Shown in pieces: positions 10,801-19,859 of a stretch of DNA of 64,000 nucleotides. The stretch is taken from positions 128,001-192,000 of the forward strand of contig JAVRCJ020000013.1 in NCBI GenBank assembly GCA_034530875.2, written 5' to 3'. This DNA comes from Nostoc sp. DedSLP01. GTDB taxonomy: Bacteria > Cyanobacteriota > Cyanobacteriia > Cyanobacteriales > Nostocaceae. Positions within the stretch are counted from its first letter, which is position 1. Every line of letters begins with the position of its first letter. The position numbers were made by a program, and so were the translations under genes. Below the pieces are notes generated by a model. The model was not told where the DNA came from, made no database searches, and saw only the letters and a list, made by a program, of their open reading frames with translations.

Positions 10801-11546
10801 TCAGTGAGTTACAGGAAGTTTTTCAGATGATTCCGCCAGCCAATTCATATCGTGTCAAAGTACTAAGTGCATTAGCAGTTGCTCTTGAGTTAGATGGGCA
10901 AAAAGTCGAAGCAGATAGAGTTTTTGAAGATATTCAGGAGTTCGCTCATAAACCTATGACAAGTACATCCATTTATGCACCACCACAAAGCACTTTAGTA
11001 AAAGCATTAGCTCAGGTAGGTCGTTTTAATCAAGCTATGGAAAACACGCTTTATATTAATGACGATTTAGAAAAAGCGCAAGCATTATGTGCTTTAGCAG
11101 CAGCCTTAACTAATGCAGGACTTGAAGCTGAGGCAAATAGAATATTTATGGAGGCTAAAGCAGCTACCTGTGCTGTTGAAGACTATGGGCGCACAGAGGC
11201 AGCAATATGGACATTTGCAGATGCATTATCTCAAGCAGGACATTTCGATCTAGCTAAGAAAGTCGTTCAACCGTTAATCGATAATGGCTTCCATCGCTCG
11301 GAAGGGCTAAGCGGTTTAGCAGCGCCGATCGCAAACATTGGACGCTTTGCTGAAGCATTCACCATACTTGGATTGCAAAGACTCGATAAATTTCTATACG
11401 ATCTGAGTGAATGGGCATCAGCATTTGAGAAAGTTCAGCCGGGGTTATCGTTGGAGGTTATGCGAGAAGCAATTCGCATTGCTGGGTGGGTACGTCCCCA
11501 CTGGCAAGAAATTTCTCAACTTTTTCCTGAGATCGCAAATAGCTGA
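7899..11546 (+). CDS. STAND NTPase: N-terminal HTH-like domain, APAF-1-like NB-ARC, TPR-like repeats (bacterial NLR-like)
   Basis: GMGGIGKS (Walker A), LVILDDVW (Walker B), GNLPLAL, LHDL motifs, followed by repeated ALAQVGRF-type helical repeats. Confidence 0.88.
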   Translation: MKSWQTFLRTEVFPQERYGLTKTEQAIFLSKFPNQETLKTNEQVADQAIEDNELPSNPDTVRKHMWTIYHERFCPKDGKEGFPGYKQKSRTKDQKFLAWLKQRYLQWLETSNSDTPLQLIPVSPPALGKLSSHVPDLPLNFLPRIDALNDLKKLVLDGTSKLVAVTGTALRVGVHGMGGIGKSVLAAMLARDEEVRHSFPDGILWVTLGENPTLSLRQLDLAKMLGDSSQTFQDVQQGRVHLSELLANKACLVILDDVWQSKHAEAFNALGQKCKMLITTRDNKVLQELGAVKHLLGLLEDEEALTLLALWAKQEKETLPVEAHEVVRECGNLPLALAMIGALVQGKPDRWDNLLHKLRNADLEKIRHQFPDYPYPNLLKAIQVSIEALEADIQKRYLDFAVFPEDTSIPEAALQSFWEPEGLDEFDTQDVVDVLVERSLARRDDRGCLTLHDLQYDYVRKQAGDLAALHNRLVNSYSSRCSNGWHTGPNDSYFFENLAYHLHESGRKEELYKLLTKCSDWMEAKYIACTGDTAYVADLELAISDFADPLEANQLLTLIQLQTARQVVNQRVTNYSDTDLETLVWLGRETEAIGYARLRQFPETRFNGLLAVFKAQQNKEEANYLLLKELKELALSIQMKSWDKANILVNLAVAISQTVYQTEFVTVIEEVEKYVKIRSSFQAYLLTKLGEALDRIGEKEKASKIFVQARQIALDEQHTWHQAFCLRDLVATFAQLQRFSEAKEVANNIEIECLKVQALSELAKALIDEGLGQEVDAIFTEVKFLVKANNLNPADHHEQWTAALGKFATALAQGGLEEDANKFFTKARKFIYESPWWCRDRSKNGLVYHLAQAGRFHEAYELACTIPKGSGIRAEALSTLANALAQVGQIKRAIEIFTEAREAASITRDRLAVAAMGNLAVVMEKAGYKAEAEAIFIKIRDIANNEDEHEQVDIFSTLAIAFAQVGRFSELQEVFQMIPPANSYRVKVLSALAVALELDGQKVEADRVFEDIQEFAHKPMTSTSIYAPPQSTLVKALAQVGRFNQAMENTLYINDDLEKAQALCALAAALTNAGLEAEANRIFMEAKAATCAVEDYGRTEAAIWTFADALSQAGHFDLAKKVVQPLIDNGFHRSEGLSGLAAPIANIGRFAEAFTILGLQRLDKFLYDLSEWASAFEKVQPGLSLEVMREAIRIAGWVRPHWQEISQLFPEIANS

Positions 11547-11680
11547 ATTTTAAAATAGTGCGATCGCTCTTTCTCTCCAACAAACCAAGCAATTGTCTTA
11601 ACTTTGGATTTCTGATTTTTGCTAGACAACCAATATTAAACAGAGCGAATCTAAAAGAATTGTCAAAATTTGGGTATTTA

Positions 11681-11813
11681 TATCAAGTTCGGATGATTAG
11701 TTATGATTGCAGTCCTCGCGTTACCCCTCCCCAACCCTCCCCTTAGCAAGGGGAGGGTGCCGTAAGGCGGGTGGGGTGTTTCAGGATTTACAAGTAATTA
11801 AGCGAACTTGATA
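11681..11813. mobile_element. MITE-like element
   Basis: Terminal inverted repeats ATATCAAGTTCG and CGAACTTGATAT enclosing a GC-rich hairpin (CCCTCCCTTAGCAAGGGAGGG). Confidence 0.6.
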
Positions 11814-12074
11814 TTACATGAGTATGGTGAGGCTCAAATTCCATTTTTACCGTAGAAACTAACTATGAATAAAGGGTTTGCGGTAATGAAGCATAGGTGC
11901 GATAGTATCGTTTGTTTTTACGATACATATATATTGATGTGGTGCGTTGCGCTTTGCGGCAACTCAGCTTCATCGTATCAGCAGGCGATCGCATCCCTCC
12001 CATACTTATCGCAAAGTGCAATGCAGCATAATCATAGTTCGGTATCATAAGGTTATTGGGTTCTGGTTCTGTCC

Positions 12075-12491
12075 GTGTCTGCAAAAGACATTTTTCACGA
12101 AGCCGTCAAACGGGGACTGCAAAAAGAAGGGTGGGTCATCACGCACGATCCGCTAGTTGTTAAGTTTGGCAAAGATAAAATGTCGATTGATTTAGGTGCG
12201 GAACAAATCTTAGCAGCTGAGCGAGGAACAGAGAAAATTGCTGTTGAAATCAAAAGTTTTTTAGGGGATTCGGAACTTTTTGACTACCATGCGGCTTTGG
12301 GACAGTTTCTCAATTATAGATTAGCTCTGCGACTCAGGGAACCTGAGAGAGTTTTGTTTCTAGCTGTTCCACTCTCAACTTATAGATCGCTATTTAGCCG
12401 GGACTTTGCCCAAAGTTCAGTACAAGAGTATCAAGTTAAATTAATAGTTTACGATCCAAATGATGAGGTGATTGTGCAATGGCAAATCTAG
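12075..12491 (+). CDS. xisH: XisH family protein
   Basis: MSAKDIFHEAVKRGLQKEGWVITHDP, IDLGAE, AVEIKSF, ALGQFLNYR. Confidence 0.92.
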   Translation: MSAKDIFHEAVKRGLQKEGWVITHDPLVVKFGKDKMSIDLGAEQILAAERGTEKIAVEIKSFLGDSELFDYHAALGQFLNYRLALRLREPERVLFLAVPLSTYRSLFSRDFAQSSVQEYQVKLIVYDPNDEVIVQWQI

Positions 12492-12814
12492 ACCAATATC
12501 GTGAATACATTCAAAACTTATTAACCAAATATGCCAGTTACCAGCCTTCAGAAGAAGATGTTGAAATTCAACTAATATTCGACACGACACGAGACCATTA
12601 CCAGATTTTAGAGATTGGCTGGGATGGATATGACCGAATTTATAATTGTGCGATCCATCTCGATATCAAAGATGAAAAAATATGGATTCAGCGTAATATG
12701 ACCGATATTCAAATTGCTCAAGAGTTGACTGAGATGGGAGTACCCAAACAGGATATTGTTTTAGGACTACAACCATCACACTTTCGTCAATATACGCAAT
12801 ATGGCGTAGCGTGA
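12479..12814 (+). CDS. xisI: XisI family protein
   Basis: QLIFDTTRDHYQ, IHLDIKDEKIWIQ, GVPKQDIVLG; overlaps xisH. Confidence 0.92.
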   Translation: MANLDQYREYIQNLLTKYASYQPSEEDVEIQLIFDTTRDHYQILEIGWDGYDRIYNCAIHLDIKDEKIWIQRNMTDIQIAQELTEMGVPKQDIVLGLQPSHFRQYTQYGVA

Positions 12815-12916
12815 GAGAATAAGCGGGATCGCATCTCTAATGTAAGATGTGTGTCACAAAGGACAACGCACTTCATTTTATCAGCAGGCGATCGCATTTA
12901 GAACTATTAGATTATT

Positions 12917-13342
12917 ATGGAAGAAAATATTCCCAAATATAAGTTATGTACAGCAAGCTCAGTTAATATAAGTGAAGCTCTAGATTACTTTGCAGACTTT
13001 ATCAAAGAAAAAATCGATTATAAAGATAAAGAAGCATATTTGTGTGTTGAAGGATCTTTGTTAAGATTCCATTGTTCTGGAATACAAAATTTAGTATTTG
13101 TTGAGATACATTGCAGTGCGATTGCACAACCAGGAACAGGTACAATTTCATTTGTAGCGATCGCAAAATTTGTTAAATTCTGTACTCTACAAAAAACAGA
13201 TATAAAAATACTGAGAAATAGCTCTATCGTTCCTTATTCTATGGGTGCGATAATGTCAGATTTTTATGGTTCTTTGGCATTCAAAAAAGCAATGCACTAT
13301 GCTTGTTATCGATATCGTATAAGTAAAGTAAAACGTGAGTAG
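12917..13342 (+). CDS. Hypothetical protein
   Basis: 141-aa AT-rich ORF filling the space between two copies of a HIP1-ended repeat; no motif recognised. Confidence 0.6.
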   Translation: MEENIPKYKLCTASSVNISEALDYFADFIKEKIDYKDKEAYLCVEGSLLRFHCSGIQNLVFVEIHCSAIAQPGTGTISFVAIAKFVKFCTLQKTDIKILRNSSIVPYSMGAIMSDFYGSLAFKKAMHYACYRYRISKVKRE

Positions 13343-13560
13343 AGCCTTGATTTATACAAAAGTCAATCATTTGTCTGATGAAAATCAGGCATTAAGTTAA
13401 GAGGGATGAAGTAGCGTGTATTGTCGCAAACCGCAACGCAGCTTTATTTTATCAGTAGGCGATCGCATTCCATTTATACTTTTGTTTGGAGGTAGCACAG
13501 CTGTGCTACCCTACGACGATTTGTATCTCACCAGCTTGCAATCTACTGTGGTGCAGTTCG

Positions 13561-14532
13561 TTAATATAATCCTTCTGGTGGGGAAATATCAGATCCAACA
13601 ACCACACCTGTGTTAGTAGATTTAATTCCTGGTTTAACAGTAGGGGATTCTTGTTTTAACGATTGTACAACAGAAGAAGAGTTATCTTGCTCAATTGAGA
13701 TACTTGTATTTGCTTGTTGCTGGGACATTAAACCTAATCCTCCCATTGCACCTGCAACAAGAGCTGCATAACCTACATATAAATGCGGCGGATGAATTTC
13801 CAATCCCATTCCTTTTTTAGATTGATGCGAAGAGGACTTAGTTACTGGTATAGCTGCTTGTACTGGTAAAGAAGCAGCTAAAGCAACACCATCAAGTCCT
13901 AAAGCATCTCCATAACGTCGGATAAATCCACGTAGATAAATGTCATCTGGTAATTCTTGCAAATTACCGTTTTCTAATGCTTCTATCAACTCCATGCGGA
14001 TATGAGTGTAAAAATGGATGTGGTACACAGAAAACCCTTTGGACTGACGGGTTTTTTGGAGTTGTTGCCCGATTTGACGTAGGCTATCTATGCGTTGTTG
14101 CGCTGCTTGCTCGGCTTGTTCTGCTTGAGAAATTTTCTGATGATTCAGTAATTGTAGTGGTTTTTTCCACAGCGAATTTTCTGTTGCATTTTTAGAGGGT
14201 GGTTCCTGGAGAGTGGGCTGTATTTCTGGTGAAGAATCGACTGTTTCTGTGGTTTGCTGCGTATCTGTAGCTGTCTCAACTTTTTCATATTGTTGGGCAA
14301 ATTGTCGAAATGCTAAACCGATCGCTTCTCTACCTACAGCTTTTAATATATCTTGAGCCTGATGTGTTTGTTCGCCTATTAACTTCTGCATCATCGCTAA
14401 AGCGCGTCGATAAACTCCGCTACGATGCAGTTGTACTTCTATTTCTCCTAAAAGCGATCGCACCTCATCTTGAGAAATTTCAATATTCGGATTGCCAAGA
14501 ATTTGTAAATAGTATACAGGAGTAGTAACCAT
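13561..14532 (-). CDS. HTH_25 (RodZ-like HTH) domain membrane protein
   Basis: IGQQLQKTRQSKG, IEALENGNLQELPDDIYLRGFIRRYGDALGLD, then one TM helix. Confidence 0.8.
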   Translation of the reverse strand: MVTTPVYYLQILGNPNIEISQDEVRSLLGEIEVQLHRSGVYRRALAMMQKLIGEQTHQAQDILKAVGREAIGLAFRQFAQQYEKVETATDTQQTTETVDSSPEIQPTLQEPPSKNATENSLWKKPLQLLNHQKISQAEQAEQAAQQRIDSLRQIGQQLQKTRQSKGFSVYHIHFYTHIRMELIEALENGNLQELPDDIYLRGFIRRYGDALGLDGVALAASLPVQAAIPVTKSSSHQSKKGMGLEIHPPHLYVGYAALVAGAMGGLGLMSQQQANTSISIEQDNSSSVVQSLKQESPTVKPGIKSTNTGVVVGSDISPPEGLY

Positions 14533-14851
14533 AGGGAAAGCCTTTTATCTGAACTCAAAAAAAGAAAGTTACATTAAAACTTTACTATTTTTCGTAACTT
14601 CACCTTTGTTTTCCGGATAGTAATTGTATAATTTAAATTTTTTAATCCATCAGAAACACTGGAACAAAGGAGTGAGCATCGCAGTCAAGCTCGTAAAAAT
14701 GATACTGACATTTCTTTGATAAAAAACCTTAGGTGCGTACCAAGGGTAAGTTCCTTGAATTGTGCCTGAGAAGAAAGCGATCGCATTTATATATAAAAAG
14801 CCTGTTTGTGATTCTCATCCACAAACAGACTTAACTTTTTCACACTTGTAA

Positions 14852-15397
14852 TTAAGCTTGTTCCCAAAGCTCGCGTACACGATCGGGAAGCCAGCCAGCA
14901 ACTTCCTGAATCCGTTCTTGGGAAAGTTCGTCTTTGGTGGCAGAAAATACGCCTTTAACTGCTTGCTCTGCCGGAACGTTTGGTGGGAGTGCTCCTTCAT
15001 TAGCAACTCGTGTCAGAAATAAATTGGAATCTATACCAATGGGAGCCGGGCCTCTTAAAGGTTGACGGATTCGACTTAAAAATCCCACAATCGGATTGGT
15101 ATCTTTCCACAAATCGGCGACTTCAAACTGGAGTGCTTTCTCATCTGTAGGCACAGCTTCTCTATGCAGTTCTGCCTCAACGCGATTAATTGCATCTGTA
15201 GTCATTAAGTCGCGCATAACGCGAAACACAACTTCAGTAAAGTCTCTGGCGTCATACAAATCTGCAAATCCGCCTTGAACCATAACCTTTTCTAAAAACG
15301 AGTGATGTTCTTGTGCGATCGCTCTTTGAGTTCGAGTATCTTCAATCTCGCTGGGATCGACTTCCGGTATGTTTGTTCTAAATGATTGATCTGGCAT
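14852..15397 (-). CDS. DUF2267-family protein
   Basis: FLEKVM, EVVFRVMRDL, AVKGVFSATKDELS, VAGWLP..VRELW; ATG at 15397 preferred. Confidence 0.75.
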   Translation of the reverse strand: MPDQSFRTNIPEVDPSEIEDTRTQRAIAQEHHSFLEKVMVQGGFADLYDARDFTEVVFRVMRDLMTTDAINRVEAELHREAVPTDEKALQFEVADLWKDTNPIVGFLSRIRQPLRGPAPIGIDSNLFLTRVANEGALPPNVPAEQAVKGVFSATKDELSQERIQEVAGWLPDRVRELWEQA

Positions 15398-15685
15398 AGT
15401 TTTTTTTGTGCTTGTTAATATTGAGTCTTTATGCTTACCTTTGTAAGGTCGCACAAATCAAAAACCCTTAGTATCATCCAGAAGTTCGAGATACTGTCTG
15501 TCCAAAAGTTAGAAATTCAGCGTTGGCTAATAACGCACATTCTAAGTTTTAGTTGATTACGAATTACGTAGCTTGCTTCTCACACCTTGGCGAGTATTAC
15601 GAACTACGAATTAGTAAAAATATTTTTTATCCGTGTCAAAAAACAGTCAAAATAGACAAGTTGGTATCAGCAGACCGGAAACAAG

Positions 15686-16483
15686 ATGGTAGAAATAACA
15701 AACATCGAAATTAACACTACAAAAGTCAAAATACCTAACAATGATTTAGAAATCGATGCTTACTTAGCTCAACCAGCACATCAAGGAACTTTTGCTGCCG
15801 TTATCGTTTTTCCTGAAATTTTTGGAATCAACAGTAACATTCGAGAGATTGCAGAACTAATCGCTAAACAAGGCTATGTAGCAATAGCCCCTGCAATGTA
15901 TCAACGTATTGCTCCCGGTTTTGAGGCTGATTTTAGCGCCGAAGATGTTGGGTTTAGTCCAGAAGCCTATCGTCTGGGGTCGGAATACTATCAACAAGTA
16001 AAGTATCAAGATATTTTAAGCGATATTCAAGCGGCGATCGCATACTTAAAAACTTTACCCAATGTTAAACAAGATGCCATTGGTGTTATTGGTTTCTGTT
16101 TTGGCGGCCATGTTGCTTACATTGCTGCAACGTTCACCGATATCAAAGCAACAGCTTGCTTTTACGGTGCTAGAATTACCAGCTCTAGTTTTGGTGAAGA
16201 GACTCCAACTATTAATCGTACCTCGCAAATTCAAGGTACTATTTATGCATTTTTTGGTACAAGAGATACATTGATTTCCCAGGAGGAAACTGAGCAAATT
16301 CAGGCAGAATTAAAGAAACATCAAATCAATCATCGTGTATTTCGATACGATGCCGGGCACGGATTCTTCGCCGGATTCTTCAAAGACAAGTATCCATTTC
16401 TCGAACAACACCCAAGTTACAATCCTGAAGCTGCTCCTGATGCTTGGCAACATGTTCTAGAACTGTTTCAAAATCACTTGTAA
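15686..16483 (+). CDS. Dienelactone hydrolase family protein
   Basis: PEIFG, GFCFGG nucleophile motif, AGHGF. Confidence 0.92.
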   Translation: MVEITNIEINTTKVKIPNNDLEIDAYLAQPAHQGTFAAVIVFPEIFGINSNIREIAELIAKQGYVAIAPAMYQRIAPGFEADFSAEDVGFSPEAYRLGSEYYQQVKYQDILSDIQAAIAYLKTLPNVKQDAIGVIGFCFGGHVAYIAATFTDIKATACFYGARITSSSFGEETPTINRTSQIQGTIYAFFGTRDTLISQEETEQIQAELKKHQINHRVFRYDAGHGFFAGFFKDKYPFLEQHPSYNPEAAPDAWQHVLELFQNHL

Positions 16484-17109
16484 AACCTAAGAATTCACGA
16501 TTCCCAAGCCATACATAATCCAGAATAATTTTAACGAAGGCAGGAGGCCGTTTTTGTAACGAGGATCTATACCCCATTCCAAAAACTTTTTACCTTAAAA
16601 CGCGAGTCTTGCCACGCCAGTAGGGTATGTATTCGGTGAGAGTAAGACACCGCAGAGATTTACCGTGCGTTAGGACTATCTACCAGACTCAAATCTTTTG
16701 TGGTGATGATTTTTTGGCTTTTGTGTACACGGTAGCTGATAAATTGGGGAAAAATTCTAAAGCCGCCTTCAAAAGGGGGTTAGAGAATCTGAATGCGTAA
16801 GTCTTGACTAAATCTAATAGTATAAAATAATACTGAATTTTGTGGAAGACGGAATTTTTTAGTTTTTTGCGTAAAACATAAAACTTGAGATGAATAGTAT
16901 TACATAACAAACTTCTTATTTATAACCGGGGGACAACAACTCCTTAGTCTCCTATCTACCTAAAACTCCTTTTTCAAGCACTGCTCTAGAGTTAGTCTAG
17001 AGCAGTTTCTTATTGTATAAGCGTCAGGGTTTTGATTTACCACATTGCCAGCAATCGAATATTGTGGGTTTAATGAATAGAGACTTGGGATGCTAAAACC
17101 GCTATTAAT

Positions 17110-17482
17110 ACCAATTCTCCAAAAGGAGACAACAGATGATGACGCGGTGACGCGGAGACTGGGAGACGCGGGGATTTACAGCACATTGCAGCTTGGTGAG
17201 GGTAGGGGCACATAGCTATCATACGTGTCAACTTAAGCTAGAAATCGCTTCGGTGCTGGCTTCCTCACCTACCAGATAATAAATTCTCTGGCTAATAGCT
17301 CAAGTCTACTTCAGTAGACTCAAAATTTTGGGTATATTTAGTCATCTAAAGATGACTTTTGCTATGAGCAAGGGACATCAGTTCTACGTTAAGTTGACAC
17401 CAATGATAGCTATGCGCCCCTACCTGTGTACTTCATTTACTTGAAATACGCTGTATGTGTAGCTAGATTTTAGAGAATTAGA
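17110..17482. mobile_element. Nested MITE/short dispersed repeat stack
   Basis: Inner element 17220-17405 (TIR GTGTCAACTTAA / TTAAGTTGACAC) flanked by an 8-bp duplication ATAGCTAT, inside a GTAGGGGC..GCCCCTAC palindrome, inside a TACAGC..GCTGTA element. Confidence 0.75.
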
Positions 17483-17936
17483 TAAACATAATTAAACTAA
17501 TTTTTCTTTGTATTTCTATCTGAAAAATCAGTGTTTTCGATAATATTATCGAACCCTTTAAAATTTTACACGTGTTTAGCAACGTTGTTTCTTATTGGGT
17601 CATAAGTGTACATTTTATGAATTATGAGTTATTCTTCAAATATGATTTAATTAAGCAAATTAGACTTTATTTCTAGTTTAATGTCATAATTAGTTTCAAC
17701 AAATTTTAACGAAAATAAATTAGACAAATATTTAGCTAATAAGCATGTAAAAAGCGTGTTTTACTCTTATTAACGTACAAAGTGTAGCTCAATGTCTATT
17801 TTGTATTTTAAATACTGCTGTATTCAGGAAAATTTTTGAATATTTACCGGATTCTATTTTAATTTTTCAGAATAATAGCTCATCTACATAAATTTTGCGC
17901 TTCACCGGACTGTATTGAGCTATAAAGGAAATTGTT

Positions 17937-19124
17937 ATGACAACCCAAGTTTTTCGCGGCATTACTTACACTCAACAATTCATTCAAGAGAGTAATGAGA
18001 ATTTTTTGGGTGATGAAAGTCCAGACTGGTTTGTGGTAGTAGGTAACAACAATGTTGTGAATACGGGAGATAGTAATGATGTTGTTTTACTAGGAAGAAG
18101 TATAGATTTTATTTTTAATATAGATACTAGTATCTTTAGCGGTGAAGTTTTACAAACTAGTCCATTGCCTTGCAGTTCTAATAGAATTAACACACTTGTT
18201 AGTACTGGCAGAGGAGATGATTATGTCAGTTTGGGAGCAGGCGATAGTGAAATTTACTTGGGAAGCGGAAATAATTTTTTAGACGATTATGGTGGTGACT
18301 ATCTGTTCGATGCTGATAACAATATTATTGGCTTAGATGGTATCTCAAAATTATTTGCTTCAACTGGAATAGGTGACGATATTTTCTATTTAAGAGGATT
18401 TGCTGACCGAACAATTAATGCGGGAAAAGGTAACAACTTAATATTGTTGGGAGCTGGAGAAGCCAAAATTAATACATATTCAGGAAATGATGTTATCAGC
18501 AGCGAAGTTTCATTATTAACTTATATCTCTGCAAATAATTTGCCATCTTATAACCAAACTATAAATGCTGGCGATGGTGACAATGAAATTGCAATGATAT
18601 CTTATGGCAAAACTACAATTAGAACTGGCTACGGCGATGATTTTATTTTAGGTTTGGGAATCTCTGGTTCAACTTCTACAGATATTTATGCAGATGATGG
18701 CAACAACACAATCATTACAAATGATACCAACAGCAATATTTACTCTGGTTTAGGTAATAACTTAATTTTTGCTGGTTCAGGTGATGATAGTATCCACGTG
18801 GGAAATGGCAATAATCTGATAAATTTGCGGGGAGGAACGGTTTGTCTACCAGAAGCTTTAAGTAAGGATACAAATCTGTTTGATTCATCTGTAGACGTCA
18901 TAGGTGGAGGGAACGATAAAGTCTACTTGGGTGAAGGAACAGATACAGTGATTTTGGGAAGCAGTGGTTTTGCTACTATCTACGGTTTTGGTTACGGCGA
19001 TCGCTTAAATCTGAGTGGCTTAAACGCCAGCCTCACTCAAATCGGAAAAGACACGCTAATTAATTCATGTGGTGGTTCTTTAGCAATTCTCAAAGGATAT
19101 ACAGGTTCGGTAGATTTAGTTTAA
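17937..19124 (+). CDS. RTX-like/hemolysin-type calcium-binding repeat protein
   Basis: Many GxGDD/GxGNN nonapeptide-like repeats (TGRGDDYV, AGDGDNEI, AGSGDDSI). Confidence 0.8.
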   Translation: MTTQVFRGITYTQQFIQESNENFLGDESPDWFVVVGNNNVVNTGDSNDVVLLGRSIDFIFNIDTSIFSGEVLQTSPLPCSSNRINTLVSTGRGDDYVSLGAGDSEIYLGSGNNFLDDYGGDYLFDADNNIIGLDGISKLFASTGIGDDIFYLRGFADRTINAGKGNNLILLGAGEAKINTYSGNDVISSEVSLLTYISANNLPSYNQTINAGDGDNEIAMISYGKTTIRTGYGDDFILGLGISGSTSTDIYADDGNNTIITNDTNSNIYSGLGNNLIFAGSGDDSIHVGNGNNLINLRGGTVCLPEALSKDTNLFDSSVDVIGGGNDKVYLGEGTDTVILGSSGFATIYGFGYGDRLNLSGLNASLTQIGKDTLINSCGGSLAILKGYTGSVDLV

Positions 19125-19225
19125 AAAGGTGCTGCGTGTAAGGAAATCACCGCAAATAAATTTAACTTCTGTAGGGTGCGTTGTCCCAAAGCGCAACGCA
19201 CCATAAATATGGCTGAAATAAATAT

Positions 19226-19527
19226 ATGAAAATGATGTCTACGACTCTTCTTAGGAACTCCTGCCGCCATAGCGTACTCTACACTGCTTTTGCCATACAG
19301 GGTACTAACTGCCCTTCTGTTTACAGCATTTCTCGGTACAATTTATCCAAACTGGAAAACGCAATATTGTAGGCACTTTCTCTTGTTCGTATCTTGTCAA
19401 CCAGACTTGAGAAGGTAGGTAAGGTGAGTTCATTGCCTAAATCTAAATCTCGAGCAATTGAATTTATACCAGCTGCACGACGCATTGCTCTTTGTAAAAT
19501 TACGGAAGTTCTTTTTCTACGAGCCAT
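19226..19527 (-). pseudogene. Disrupted conserved cyanobacterial hypothetical gene
   Basis: ORF MARRKRTSVILQRA..LDLGNELTL stops at 68 aa; a matching C-terminal piece (AVSTLYGKSSVEYAMAAGV) follows in another frame. Confidence 0.55.
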
Positions 19528-19859
19528 AATCTACACCTTGTATTTCAGTACGGTTAATATTCTTTACCTTAAAAAACTTCTGTATAGATCGGCTTGAGAG
19601 AATTCCGGCAAATCTGCAATGGCTTTTGCTACAAGCACAGTATAAATGCGCGAATTAGTCAAATGAGAAAGTAAGTTGGGGTTTGAAAAAATAAAAGCTC
19701 ATCTTGCTTGTAGAAAACACCGAAATCAAAAAGCTAAAAGGGATTTTGAGAAAAAAATACGTTATTTTGCTAAGCAAATTTGACTTTATTTATTTTTGCG
19801 ATCGCCCCTGTCTCGATCTCATAAATATTGAACTAAAGCCGAATCTAACAGGCTGTTTT

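Noticed and set aside
11936..13468. Possible CRISPR array
   Set aside because: Repeats are degenerate and separated by whole genes of 0.5-0.85 kb; no cas genes are in the window.
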